From Vitrella brassicaformis CCMP3155 (taxonomy: Eukaryota > Protista > Chromerida): DNA of 64,000 nucleotides. Within the stretch, counting starts at the first letter, position 1; each line of letters opens with the position of its first letter. Position numbers and translations under genes: made by a program. The notes beneath the pieces were generated by a model. The model had not been told where the DNA came from and did no database searches. It saw only the letters and a list, made by a program, of their open reading frames with translations. This document shows, in pieces, positions 32,018 to 46,019 of this stretch. The stretch spans positions 936 through 64,935 of the forward strand of contig CDMY01000498.1 of NCBI GenBank assembly GCA_001179505.1. Reading direction: 5' to 3'.

Positions 32018-35000
32018 TCAGAGTCTGGCTCTGGCCAGTCTGCCACCCCAGAGCACCCCAGTCTCCCACACCATACGTGCGAGGGGCCGCACATCCACAG
32101 GCACTCGACCATCATCCCCAGCCCCGTTCCTTGGCTTCACACGCATCTGAGCCCTCTCCCGCCTCTCTCGACTATGTACAACACTGTCGGCAGACGGCAA
32201 GGCCGGCGGTCCCGCGTCGCTTCCTTTCCCTCTGCTGTTGTACCACGAGATCACGGGCCCACGCAGGATATATGGAAACCTGCAGCAAAGAGACGCAGGG
32301 AGGGAGTGGCAAAAGGTGGGTCGATATGGGGAGGGAGCGTGTCAGCTCACTGGCTCAGCACTGCCTCCACGAATGCAGCCTTCAGCGAGGGGTTGTCACA
32401 CAGAAACGTGTGGAATATCGGCAGCAGGCGCGTGGCCGACCCAGGCAGCAAATACTACATGTACCATGACAGGCAGTCAATCATGTCCATGAGAGTGTAG
32501 TCGATCGCTTTCTCTGCCTTACTCTGCAGAATGCGAGTGCTGTTTTGAGCAGCAGTGCGGCGGGATCGTGCCTGCCGGCGAGGTGACTCTCCACCATGCT
32601 TCTCTTGGCCAGAGCATCCACCTGATCCAACAGGCAGGTCACTGTCTCGACCTGCATTGACACATCTGCAAGACACTCATGGCATAGACATCTAGCTCAA
32701 TAACAACTCATTGACACTGCACTGCCCTACCATTCCTGTCATGGGCTTCACCAGAGATGGCCGCAAGAGTAGCTGCCACTGTGCCGGCGAGGTGGGGCAT
32801 CAATGCAACGCCACTGAGCGCCACACACGCGTAGCTCGACGCCCATGTAGACCTGCAACAGTCAGACAGACGCACCATGATCGAATCGATCGTGCCACCC
32901 CACCTGTGGCCTTGTCGCAACACAGCACACCATGTGTGTGCTCTGCTCACGTGTTGGGGTCGTGTTGGTTCGCCGCCATCAGCCTCATGAGCGTGTGGGA
33001 CTTCTCGCACAGAGACGACAAGCGTGCCCTGACAGCAGGGGGACCAGCAGGCCACTCGCTGAATCCCTCAGGGTAAGGCTGCTGATCTCGTGGTTGCGAC
33101 GAAAGCCGTGGGAAGAGGGTGAGTCCCTCCCACACTATGGGCGTCAGAGCAGCCGCCATCTCGGGACTCCTCAGCAGCGTCGTCAGCTGTCGTCGCGTAC
33201 CTTGCCCGTACACACGATCCACAGCAGCACTGGTCAGCAGATCCAGGAGAAACTGAAGACGGAACAGACTACTGACGGTGTGGCTCTCTGCCGCATGTAC
33301 GTCAATGGCCGTCACAGCCTCTCTCAGCATGTTGCTCAAGGCCCTTGCGGTGGTCTCGCTGTCTTCCAGAAGGGCCGAGAAGATCGTGGAGAGCAGTGCT
33401 CTATACTCAAGAGTATCGAGTGTGGGCCTGCAGGCCTTGCGGAATGCCTCCAGCCAGCCTAAGGCGCTCACGAGATGAAGCAGAGCTGCCGTGCTGCTGG
33501 CTGCTGAGGGACCGGCTGTCGAGAGCACCGATTTGGCGACGTCGCTGAGGATGTAGAATAGAAGGGTTGGCAGGAATCGCAAGGCTTCGTGCCGCATCTG
33601 TGTAGGTCTTGACACGTGAGCATCCGACCAATTCTGCCAAAAGCACGGACGTTTGTGTTGGGAGCTGCAGATGGACAGGGTGGCTCTGTCTGCTGTCTCA
33701 CCTTTGCCAGATTGTCAAGCGCTTCCGCCCACTTTGGGTCCGACATGGCCGCAGCCGCCAAGAGAGGCGTGAACCGAGGCAGCGCACCAAAGACACAGCT
33801 CTTCCGCCATGTGGCTGATCACCGACACACACACAGTGTAGAGAGAGAGAGGGTGTGACGCCGTGTCGCTGTTCTTCCGTACCGATGATCGGCAGTCTTT
33901 TGTCAACGTCTTGGTCAGTCTCAGGGATGACCTCAGGCGGCATCAAGAGTCGCCGCATCGCCCTAATGCCGACAGACCCGACACAATCCACCCTGACCCA
34001 TCAGACAATGCACAAAGGTGTTCACACAGACCCTGTAACCCCCAAGCAAAGGATGTGTCCTCGTTCTAATTACAGTCACCTTGGAGTTGCCGCGTGTTTG
34101 TCCCTATCAACTTCTACTCCCAGTCTGCTGACCGACACAAAGGCCACCGCCAGCCGCCTCATTGCCTCCGCACCCATCGCGGTCTCCTCAACCCGAGCCA
34201 TCTCCTCAATCCAGCGACACGCCGTCGCAACCATCGCTTCCCGACTCTTGCTGAGGGCAGGTGGACCACCAACGCGGCCAAACGACACCAGGAGGGTGGT
34301 TATCTCATCGACCGCAGTATCCTCAGCGGAACCATCCATCGTCGGCCGCTGCAGTGCTGCCGCCAGCTCAAAACACAAGTCAGAGCAGGCGCGAGAGGCG
34401 GCGTTTCTCTGCTGTGTCTTGTGCCGCGTCTTGTCGTCCAGCTGCTCGAGAAAGGTACAGAGGCCATCCAGAGGGCTTCGATGAGAGCGCTGCGGATCGG
34501 CTGACGAGTCACTTTCCTTGCCATACGACAGCAGCAATGGCACTGAAGGTTCGCACATCCAAACAGTGCGGAAGTCCCTCACAACAGCATGGCCGACCGA
34601 GACCGCCATCCTCCACATCGCTGCCTCACCCCCCTTATCATGACTGGCCTTCACCGCAGCAGCCATGATGCTCGTGATGGCGTCGCAGTGCATGCCGAAG
34701 TGGTCGCTGGACGCCAGGAAGCCCGCAGACGTGCCCAGAGATAGCAACCGGTGAGTTACGGGCAGCACAATGGCGGGGAAGTCAAGCGCCGTGTCCACAA
34801 TGAGGGACATGAATCGCAGCAGGAAGCGAACTGCTGGCGCATCGTTGCCGAGTGCTGATTGCGTGGATTGCGCCGCGGCGAGGTCCACCAGATGCGGGAG
34901 TGCATGCGTCAGGAAGTCCCGATAGACCGACGCGGCGCCCTTGCGCGATGATCTTGATGTGCCGTGACGGTCGTTGTCGATGATGCACTTGCTTGCGGCG

Positions 35001-35311
35001 CCAAGCAGTAACGCACATGAGCCGGGGAAGCATTCCTCGAGCCAATGAAGCTCCGGGTTGCCGAGAAGCAGCAGCAGGGGCACAACGGCTGTCTTGTCGA
35101 CATCGCTTTGGCCAGTTGCAGGAGGCGTGAGTGGTGCAGGGGAGGCGACCTGGTCCTTGAGATGGGTCAGGAGTGTCAACGTTGTGTTCAAGTCGCGGCG
35201 GGAAACGCTCAGAAGCAACATCTCTGCCTGCATCGGCAGCCGTGGCGGCTGTTGGAATGACGGCGGGGAGTCATGGGATGATGTGTGGGGCGGAGGAGGC
35301 TCTCGATGCAT
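32018..35311 (-). CDS. Hypothetical Leu/Ala-rich alpha-helical (ARM/HEAT-like) protein
   Basis: A 430-codon ORF (34076-35368) plus in-phase exons at about 33700-33990, 33470-33600, 32950-33460, 32520-32670 and 32018-32280 with amphipathic helical composition. The family was not recognised. Confidence 0.55.
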
Positions 35312-35543
35312 CTCATACCGACCTGCACAGGTAGACAGATAGACAGATAGACACAGCCACCATAACACTCATGGGTCAGTCAGATGAGTGCGTGTGCTGA
35401 TCTCTTGCGCTGTACCACTGCTTCTCTCCATCGAGATCTATGCCAAGGCTCCTCTCCCCTCGCAAACTCAAGCCCGCCTCGCAGCTCGCATTCGGACGAG
35501 GCGTCACCGAATTCATTGAATTTAAGAGATCCCGACGTCCGCC

Positions 35544-37465
35544 ATGCACATCACCTTGCTGCTGCGGCCCCTGGCTGCGTCGCTACTCGCGGCTGTCGCC
35601 CTGCTAGCGGCCGCCCCGTGTGTGTCCGGCGAGGCGGAGCTGAAGCGTGCCATCATGCTGTCGCGGCACGGCAACCGAGTGCCCAACGAGCCGACCATCG
35701 ACTTCTGCCCCGCCTACAAGAGCACGCTCGAGAAGTTCTACGGCGCCTCCGGGCAGCTGACGGGGGTGGGGATGAGCGAGATGTACCAGCTGGGTGCCTG
35801 GGCGCGGCACCGGTACGTCTACGAGAAGGGCTTCCTGCCGCAGCACTACTCGGACGACAACACGCTGTTCTTCCAGAGTGAGCTGGAGGACCGCAACATT
35901 ATGAGCACCGTGGCCTTCGGCAACGGCCTCTTCCCTGACGGCACCGGGCCAAGGGGATACCTCGGCAGACGGTACGCATCCATGCCATGCAAGACACACA
36001 CACAGCACATGCACATCACATGTGGATGGGATGGGATGGATGTGTTGCATGCCATGCGATGCAGGCCTCAGGTGCTGCCGATCCAGAGCGTGACGCCCGG
36101 CTACGACGACCTGTTCAACTCGCCTCGTGACGGCATGTGCATCGGTCGCTCGAGCAAGGACAAGAAAGAGATCGCCAAGCATCTCGAGGCCACCCTCACG
36201 GACGAGCAGCGGTCCATCCTGCGAAAGGTGGGCGAGGCGTGCAGCTACAACGTCCTCAACGTCGACAAGATGACCCACGGCGCCTTCACTCTCCCCGACT
36301 GGGTCAAGATCATCGACGACTCTTTCCTCTTCGCCGAGACAGAGTCCTTTGACATGTCGCTCGACGGCAACCTCCTCCCAAAGGACCTCAAGGCCTTCCA
36401 TGACTTCGCATTCGACTGGATGATGTACGCCTTCTTCGGCACCGAGGAACAGGTCACCTACTGGGCGGGCCGCTTCCCCGCCAAACTCATGGAGCTCTTC
36501 GAGAGCACCCCGGGGTACAAGACAGCTTCAGAGGAGGGGGCCAAGGAGGGGGAGGGGGGTGGGGGCGGCCCGCTGGCGGCTGCCGCGGGCAACCCCACCA
36601 AGATGTACGTCTTCCTGAACCACCGGGAGCTGCTGTATGCGGTGCTGAAGCTGTTCGACGTGCCGGTGACTCTGCCGGGGCACATCCCCAGCTACCTCGT
36701 GACGGCCAGCACCATCGTGTGGGAGGTCTACCAAGAGGGAGACGAAGAGGTCAGTTCAGTCAGGGAGAGGGGCAGGCAGGCTAGGAGGGGAGGGGCCCAC
36801 ATCGCATACACACGAAAGAAACACACACACGTAGCGTACGGAATCGAATCGATTCGTGTGTGTGGTGCTGGTGTGTGTCAGCCGTACGTCAAGACGTTGA
36901 TATGGTGGCCGACGGACCTGGAGGAGGGCGACCTCGACAAAGACACCAACCCACTCATCAACAGTAAAGGTAGGTAGGTAGCTTGTGACGTGACCAACCA
37001 CACACACATTCCATTCCACCACAAGAATGGGCGGTCTCTCATCTCAGGCAACTACATCGAAGTCACTCCCACGATCTGCGAGTCGCTCGGGTAACAGAAC
37101 ACACATGCGCACACCACACCCGCCACGGCAGGTCGTCTGTCTGTGTTGATCTAATTGCGTGTTGTGTGTGCGTTGTGTGTGCTGTGCAGTGGCAAGTGTC
37201 CGGTGTCCAAGTACAAGGAGGCGTTCCAGCAGTGGGTGGAGACCACCGGCAGCTACAAACAGCTATGCCTCCCATACTACACACCACCCGAGCCGCACGT
37301 CGCGGTCAGCATCTACCACACAAACACCCACACACACATGTCATTGATTGCATGTGTCGTGTTGTGTGCTTGCAGGGTCAGTTGCTGGAGGTGGACAGCG
37401 CCGCGGACGTGACCCCCAACCTCCGCGGCTCGGACGCCACCACCATCAACCAGATATTCGCGTAG
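35544..37465 (+). CDS. Secreted histidine acid phosphatase (His_Phos_2)
   Basis: Signal peptide; RHGNRVP nucleophile motif (about 35664-35684); GQLTGVG; FFQSELEDRNIMS; YVFLNHRE; TAG at 37463-37465. Confidence 0.9.
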
Positions 37466-39159
37466 ACACACACACACTCTCACACACACACACTTAGACA
37501 CACAGATAGACTTGCATAGAGACGAAGGCAGCGCAGGCTGGCTGGCTGGCTGGGTGTGTCTGTATACACATGGATGGTGGGCACTGCCTCAGACAGACTT
37601 ACTGGCGAGTAGGGGGGGGCGTGGGCGTGCTCATGGTGGTTAATGGATGGAGATGTGTGTTCTTTCCCCCCTTTGCTGGACATTCTGCTTTCTTTCGCCA
37701 GTGCTGGCGATCTGCCTTGGTTCTTTTTGGCTGATGGTTATTTCGGATCTCGCCCTGCTGATTCGGAATGTCCGTCACCCTCAAGTGTGCAAGGCGATCG
37801 CCGGAACGAATCGACCGATGTCGCGAGAGAAATATGCAGCGAGTGCATGCCCCTCCCCCGCCCTCCCTCCTTGCTGCTAGGATCGGTAGGTAGGTAGCTA
37901 GGCCTGATGGTGCTATGCCATGTGTATGGTTTGCTCGTCCCGACCCACCCCAACCATCCTCACAAGTGAGTGAGGCCCACAGTTTTCCCCCGTCCGCGAT
38001 GCGTCGATCGCTCTGCGGACCGACACCGGTCTGCTTCTTGGCAGAGCGAGTTTTGAATTCGTGTGGTCTGCCTTTTGATTGCAGCTGCCTAGTGTAGTGT
38101 GCTGTGTGTGGTGTGAATGTGCGGCGTGTGGCGTTTGGTTTTTGGGTGCTTGCAATTGCTGGCGGTCATGTCGCGCGGACGGTCGGTCCACTTTGGAAGT
38201 GCTGTGCGGCAACCCAACCTTACCTTGCTTCCTTCCTATCTGTAAGTCCCAACTCTTGAGATGAGATGTGTATGTCGATATGGTCTTCCTTGCTGCCGAG
38301 TGCATGACATGCATACAGTTTTTGTGTGCATGCTATGCCCTTTTGCCTGGCGTGGCGTGGCTGTCCGTCTGTCTGTATAGGGTGGGTGGCCCGGGGGGGT
38401 ATACATACATTTGTATTATGTATGTCTACGTGGATGTGTGTGTGGGGGACCGATTGGATTGATGACTAGCGCATATATATGCTGCCATGCCATCCGTCGA
38501 GTCGATGAACGTAGATATCTTGCACGTGACAGATCGACACCCAGATGCTTCGATCGAAAGGATGTTGATCAGACAGAATTGATATCCCCATCCATCCATC
38601 AATCCATGCGATCACGAAGAGGTCTTTGTTTGATTATCACGAGTCCACACACACAGGAGCGTCCTGTCGGCGGGGCAAACATCGGATCGATCAGCTTGAC
38701 GTGACCGGCATCAAGTTGACTCGCAGTCAAGAGACGGCATCCTCTTGTTTGTGAGTCAAGTCGATGTCCGCGACGACCAAACCGATCACTCATTCGATGC
38801 CCTTCACCCCACCCACAACACTGTCTCTCACACACAGTGTCTGAAAGCTCCAGACAGACATACATACGGAAGGATCAGATCACGTCTGCTGGCACTTTCC
38901 ATCTGCTCCCCTCGCTTCGACTGCACAGTCCGAGACATCCGGTCCGTCTGGAAATGCCACGGGCAGTGAGGTGGCAGCGAGGGGAGCAGATAAGGACAGC
39001 GCACGCACGCCTGATCGGGTCACTTACACAAGTCAGTCAATCGCCACGAACGACGATCAGATCACCACACATCACATATATATTCAAACATGCGTCGCAT
39101 CACGCACCCACCCCACGACACACCGACATTCACAAAACTGGACGGACCCTCACACTCTC

Positions 39160-41180
39160 TCACTGAATGTGACACCCAGCAGGCAGCATCGGCCTGCTCT
39201 CCCTACCCCCGCCCACAACCAGCCTCTCTCCCACATCCCAGTGACCTTCATCCTCGACGTCGATACTCGCCACCCCCTCCTGGCTCCCCTGACAGCAGTA
39301 TGTCCTAGGCGGTTCACACCCAGGCCCGTACACCATCAAGGGGTCGGCCAAAACCGTAGGCGCCCCGCTGAGTCGGCTAAGAGACACCAGAGGCTGAACG
39401 GAAGACGCCACCAGCCGGCATGGCGAGGACGGGCCGAGAGACGGCGACAGGGGCTCCGAAGGCTCCTCCCCCCGGGACGAGAGGAAGTCCAGATGAGACG
39501 CCTGTGTCTCCGTCTCGTTGCCCATCTCTGTCGACACCTCGCTGGGCTGCTCGTCGTCGCACTCGGGGGTCGAATTGCTCTTGATGCATGTGCCGACCAG
39601 CAGCGGAGGCTGTGAGGGAGCAGTGGGAGACGTTGCTGGGCGTGCGCGGGGCGGCGGGAAGGCCGGGGGCGGTGCCTCGTCCACTAGTGTGGCGTGGGAC
39701 ACGGGGAGTCTGCAGTGAGGGAGGGAGCCAAGCACACGTTAGTTCGAAGCGTGGATGCGACTGTCTGAGGGTGTGTTGTGGTGGCTCGGCTCACCCTGCT
39801 GTGCGATAGGCGATGACCTTGTCGACAAGTGACCGAAGGCGGCCGAACGACCGACGCTCGTGTTCGACCAAGAAGCAGGCTGTCAACTCCTGCACACACA
39901 TCAGTAAGTAGAGCAGGACAGGCACAATCACATGCACAATCGGACCGATCCGTGCCATGGCATGGACTCGCTCACCTGCAGTCGTGTTGTGTTGAGTCCA
40001 TCCTTGGCGGATGTCACCATTGCGCCGCCCCACTTGAGACCCCTCGACACGCACCCCTCGCGCACTCCGTCGATGAGAGACCGCCAGGACGACACGCGAG
40101 CTGACGGCTGGGCAGGGGGTGGGGCTGGTGACGGCCCCGACGCGTTACCATCATTACTGTCGGAAGCAGCCATGGCTTGCCTGCAGCCATGCCACAACAA
40201 GAATGAACAAGAAAGGGAAGGTGTTCGTTCGTATTGCGTTGCGTGCGTCTTGTCTTCCCTTGCCAGCCAGCCAGCCAGCCATGTGTCCCCGACTCACTGA
40301 CTCACCTGTCTTGCTGGTTGAGCAGGTCGGCCTTGCAGCCCACCACGACGACCAGGGGGCTGCCAGTGGTGGGTGAGAACACACCCTGACCGACATGCCC
40401 CGCAACACCCTCAAGCCACCTCTCGCACCGCCTCATGTCCTCCCCACTCAGCCGCGTCACGTCGACACACATCATCAGCACGTTGCACCCACGCAGCAAG
40501 GCGCTGGGCAATGTCGACATTGAACCACCCTCCGAGCCTGGCGCCCCCCGGCGGCCCCCCACATTCCAGCCGGAGCTGCCCCACATCTGCAGGTTGATGC
40601 GGCCCTCAAACGCCTTGCCGCGAACGCGGACGTGTGAGGCGCCCATGGCAAGGCGGAACAGGGGAGGCGACGGGGCGGGGGTGGCGGCGGCGGCAGGGGG
40701 GTCGCCGTCGATCCACTCACAGTGGACACACCGCCGAATGAGGGCGTTCTTGCCGGCACTTGGTTCGCCGAGCAGCACAGCCTTGTAGATACGGTCGAAG
40801 GGGGGAGAGAGGGAGGGGCTGGGGAGAGCGGGGCCAGTGGCCTCGGACTCGGGGGTGGCCTTGGCCTTGGCGTGGATGCTCTGATGCCGCAGGAGGGAGT
40901 ACAGACTCCGCCACGTCAGGAGGTCACACTTGGACGACAGGGTCCGCCTTTGTTGAGGGTTGGCGAGCAAGTCGAGGATGCCTGTGGAAGACGCGCTGGT
41001 GCCCGTCGCATCAGAATCGCTGAGGTGGGACTGCACCAGGCGCTCGAACGAGGCCCTTGTGGCCCCGCAGGCACAGCGGTCGACACCCGACACTGCCATC
41101 AGGTGGGAGGTGGTCCGCGCGTCATCGTCGACCAATCTCTCGAAGCTGAGGATGTTGCACCACGCATCAGTGGGTAGCAT
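39160..41180 (-). CDS. F-box-like + degenerate Rab/Ras-like GTPase domain + Pro/acidic tail
   Basis: N-terminus MLPTDAWCNILSF..VSGVDR. G1 IYKAVLLGEPSAGKN; G3-like LQMWGSSG; G4 VVVVGCKADL; G5 VTSAKDGLN. Exons at about 41180-40306, 40200-39975, 39890-39795 and 39710-39160. Confidence 0.7.
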
Positions 41181-42206
41181 GCTGACGTACAGGTAGAGCA
41201 GTCCAGTAGTCGGGACAAGACGGGTGCAGTGTTGGACGGCTGCAGCACTGACTGAACGGCGCTTCTGCCGCGGTTGCTCCGGGCGCAGCTGCGGTCACGT
41301 GAGGTTGGCGCGTTGATGGAGGAGTAATCTGAAGACTCGTTTGATGCCGTGAGAGGAGAGGAAGCACCAGGCGTTGCAGGTGACGAGAGGGGAGCTGCGC
41401 ACCGATGCGAGAGCCATGGTTGGAGGGAGCGGTGGAAAGCGAAGGGTCGGCTGACAGACAGGGCACCAATAGGGTGAGTGAGGCCTCTCCGGAAACGAGA
41501 GAGGCAAAAGCAAAAGCGGGCGAGCAAGCGAGCGGTTTCACGGAGCGCGAGCTTGAGCTTCGCTGGAGGTGAGAGAGAAAGCGGGCGTCACTCCCTCCAC
41601 ACAGCTGCAGCTACCACAGACCGATAAGCCCGAGTTGTCGCCCGCCCTGCAGAGATCTGGTCTCCTCGGGGCCGATCCGGCCGTTAGCAGCTCTGGTTGA
41701 GGAGAGAGGGGCGGCCCAGGCGACTCGAGGTGTCATGTCAGTCCTGCGGCCTCTTACTGTCCCTGCCCCGTCACCTGACCTCGAGACCTCCCCTTACCCC
41801 TGCGTCACAGGTGAGAACAGAACGAGGGGGCAGCAGAGGGGAGGGCTCCGAAGCACACACTGAGGCGAGAAGAAATGAGCGGGAGTCTTGCAGCGGCATC
41901 TGGCTGACGCTGGCTGACTCACTGACTGCTGCTTCTGTGTGTGCCATCTGGGCGGTGTGTGTGCGTCAGATCTGACAGATGCTCAGGGCGAGGGTGTGGG
42001 TGTGCCAGAAGCGGTGTCAGAGGACGAGCAGGTATGTATGGCACACACTCACTGTCGATACGACTGATTTCCAAGATTCAATCATGCTGCCTGCGTCGTC
42101 TCCTGCAATGCATGTGCGCCTGGTCATTTCATTCTCTGCCTCCCTTAGGTTGGTCGCGACTCGTCAGCCCACAAGGATTTGGGCGCCAAGGCCGACCATC
42201 CCCGCT

Positions 42207-45200
42207 CATGTCCCAGACATGCCGGAGAACCCTCACAAGACGCCGCAAAGGTGACGACTCACAAACACGCCAGCCAGAGAGAGGAGCATGAACTGATCGG
42301 CGGACTATTATGTGTGTGTGATGTGTGCAGGGCGGCAGTTCTTCCCCCCTGATTGTGTTGGGCAATGCAGCCCCGTCACCTACTTCCTGGCCTGTGGTGG
42401 CCGCGGGCAGGCCGACCAAGACCCCCCCACACCGGGACACCACCCGCCATCCCCCGCAACTGTTTGGCCCGGTGGCTGACAGGCTGTCAGCCACCGGGCC
42501 ACCCCACAACCAGCAGCAGTTCCATCTCCCCGCCGTGAAGCCCCCTGAGGCCGTCCATGTCCCGCCCAAGTCGATGCCGCAGTGCACGCACCATGACGAG
42601 CTCGTGGCGGCACTCGAGGCGCTCGGGGTGGCCTCCAACCCCAACACATCCTCCAGCTCATGCGACAGCCTCTTCCCCGTCAATGTGTCACCGCCCATGT
42701 TGCGGCCGCCGAGACTCATGGCCCTCACGCCCCATGCCAGCCAACCTGGGCCCATGACCGGTGAGGAGAGCGGGGCGTCGAGCGAGCAGAGGCTGCGGCT
42801 GCATCGCGCCATGTCGTCGATGAGGCCGCCCCCTCTGCCCCTCCCGCCACTGATGATGATGCACCAGCCGTGGGTTCGCTTCCTGCCGACCGGCATCCAG
42901 GCGAACCCCATGCTGCGCATCAGCCAAGTGTTTCCGCCCCGCAGCCTTTCCGATGCACTCCCACACCCAACACAACCACCACTAGCAGCAGCAGCAGCAG
43001 CAGCACCACCACAACCACCAGCAGCGGCCACAGCGGAAACCGACAGCCAGCAGCAGCACCAGCCAGCTGACAGCAACAGCGTCCCCTCACCGGTCACAGC
43101 CGCCAAGCCAGAGAGAATTTTGGCCCCATCCGATGGCATCCACAAGCAGGAGACGCGGGCATCGACCTCCAACGAGCTGACGCCCTCTCTGTGGGGCTTG
43201 GTGGGCGACAAGGGTGCAAGCGAGGAGGGGCGGCGGACGCCCGACACAGGTCGCGACGACGGCGACGCCGCGGGATCCCAGGTTGGGGGGTCGACCCCTC
43301 AGGCGTCTCCGGCTGGTGTGGGTGAGGGCACTGAGGAGATTCTGCGGATGGAGCGTGAGTTGCAGCAGAAGCTACCGATGATCGAGAAGGTCGTGTCGCC
43401 CGAGTTCATGCAGTTCATCCTCACGGCCATGTTCCAGCTGCAGGCCGCCAAGCTCAACGGCAAACACACAGACGAGGTGGAGCTGCGGCAGGCCGAGGAC
43501 CTCCTGCACGAGATCATCGAGGGCATCTCCCGTGCCGACGACACCAAGACCGCTGCTATCCGGGCCACCATGGGATCCGGGAATGGCAATGCCAGTGCTA
43601 GCGCCAGCCAGCCTGCGACCAAGCCCTCACCATCACAAGCTGACGGCCAGCCGGTGGCGCAGAGCACACCCGTGCAGCAGCAGCCTAAGCCTCAGCCACT
43701 CCCCCTCCCTCAGCCCCCTCCCCAGCGCACCACCACCGCCCCCGCCAGCCTCTCCCTCCCGCCCAGCTTCGACTGTCAACCCACAAGCCCAGGAGGCGCC
43801 GGTGCGTCGCCGTTCCCGTCGCCCTTCCCCCGCGCCCCGTCCTTGGGGCAGCCAGACCCCTTCTCGCCGGCCCATTTCCCCCCCGTTGCTGAGTCGCCCT
43901 TCGGCGGCAATGGTCGCGAGAAGCATCCCTTCGGCTTCCCTTCGCTGGACGGCGGTCCCCCGTCCCCCACGGCATTCGACCCGCCCCCCTTCTCGTCACC
44001 GAGGAACGAGGGCGGCGGCATGCTCGGCGAGAGCGGCCGCGAGTCGTCCTATGTGAGTCCCAATAGCTCGCTGGCGTCGATTGGTCGGCAGCAGTGGTGT
44101 GAGGCCGCCAATGGCAGTGGTAATGCCAGCGGGACTGCGGGCGGCAGCGGCGGCAGCAGCAATGGCGACGAGGTGTTGAGTGAGGGTGCGGGTGTCCTGC
44201 GGGTGGTGAGTGCCAAGAAGGGCTGGGACTACTACGTGAGGAAGACGCCGGTGGTGCTGGGGTGTGCCTCGAGGGCACAGCAGGGCGTGCGGGTCGATGT
44301 CGACCTGGGAGACGACAGACGGTACGCTCGGCTCGCGGGGTGGGTGGGTGGCTTGCACTGCACACCACAGTACAGTCCGTAGTCATCCATTGATTAAACG
44401 TTTGTGTCATTGGCATTGGTTGCGTCTTTGTCGGTCGCTGTCTGTATGTCAGGCTTGACAGCCGTCATGTGGTGATCCGGTGGGACAGCCAGTCGTCGTG
44501 GGGCCGTCCTGAGGGCCGCGGCACTTTCTGGCTCAAGAATGTCGGCGCCACGCCCATCTGGATGGGCAACTCCGTCCTCACGTAAGCTCCCTCCCTCCCT
44601 CACGACGACAGGCATTCAGACATCGGTTGACACAATCACTATTATATTTGTGGCTGTCTGTCTGTCTGTTTTGTTGTCTTGGTTCCACCGGCCTGCAGCA
44701 ATCTGTCTCCCGAGCTGGCCCTTCACGACGAGGGTACGATATCGATAGCTGGCGACCAGCTGCACATCACGTGGCAGCCTCAGGCCCCGGCCTCCCTGCC
44801 GCCCGTCTCCCTCGACGCCATCGTGCCCTTCCCCCCCAAGCCCTCCCGCAGCAGCAAGGAGCGCAGCCTCCCCCTGCAGGCCAACCCCCTCCCACGAGCT
44901 GCACCCATCGAGATACTCGACTTCCAGACCTTCATGATGGGCATGGCCCACCAGGAAGCCGCAGCCGCCGGCCAGGCAGCAACTCGACACATGCCCATGT
45001 TCTCCCATTCCGAGGCAGCCCCGCCCCCTCTGTCGCCGCCCATGTCGCTCGGGTCGAGTGCGATGGGACCCGCCTCCCCCAACCCCGCCACGGGCAACGC
45101 GCGGGCGCGCTGCAAGAGGGGGTCGTGCAGGGCAAAGAAGGCGAGGAGCACGGCTGCCGCTGATGCCGACGGTCTCTACCAGTCGCCCGCCCCCAAGAAG

Positions 45201-46019
45201 CGGGGCAGGCCGCGGAAGAGACAGAGGCTCGACGATGACGACCCGATGCAGATGGGCGACGACATGAATCCCCCCGGCCATGTGCTCGAGAACGAGCGGC
45301 CGGCCAAGGGCCGCAAGCAGGCCAACGGGTCGAGCTCGGGGAGGAAGGCTACGGCCGCTAGGAATGATGAGCTGGAGCTTTTCGAGGACACGGGGAGCCA
45401 CGCAGCGTCGTCAGAGGTCAGCCACGAGCTGCGGCGGTCGTCTCGCCGGCGGAAGCGGCGATTCATTGACGCCGACAACGACGAGTGGGAGGTGGGACCC
45501 GAGTGGGCCGTAGGGCACCACCATGAGCTCCACCAACAGCACGCGTACGACCCATACGCCACCATGCCGTATCACCAGCCTCCAGGCAAGGTCCTCACCG
45601 ACACACCGGCGCCGGACGTCACTCCCTCCCCCCCGGCCAAAGCAACCTCATCGGCCAAGCGGAAGCACCGGCGGCGGAAGAGGGACCAGCACGAAGAGGA
45701 TGAGATGTCCCCCAGCCACCCCGGCCATCAGCACCAGCACCAGGCCGACCCCTATGCGGCCACCGAGGTGGCCTACCATGGCCACCACGGCTACACGCCT
45801 ACGGGGATGGCGGTGGCGGGTGGGTACGGTGCCACCGACCCCCATGGGCACCACCCCTACCTGCACCAGGGTGTGGACTACTCGTCGTCGGGTCTGCAGC
45901 CGTGGGAGTCGGGTGTGGGTATGGAGGGGATGGAGGGCGAGGAGGAGATGGGCATGGAGGCCGGCATGGAGGCCGACGACGATGATGACGATGGCGGCGG
46001 GTACGGCGGGTGGATGTGA
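42207..46019 (+). CDS. Nuclear FHA-domain (MCRS1/FOXK-type) + AT-hook protein, low complexity
   Basis: The FHA is split by introns: WDYYVRKTPVVLG..VDVDLG / LDSRHVVIRWD..FWLKNVGATPIWMG / LHDEGTISIAGDQLHITW. AT-hook KKRGRPRK; NLS-like RRRKRR. The start is uncertain (about 42207). Confidence 0.72.

Noticed and set aside
32012-32500. Plus-strand 162-aa ORF as an extra exon of the 27671-31896 gene
   Set aside because: The splice phase does not match and it is the antisense shadow of the last exons of the minus-strand helical protein.
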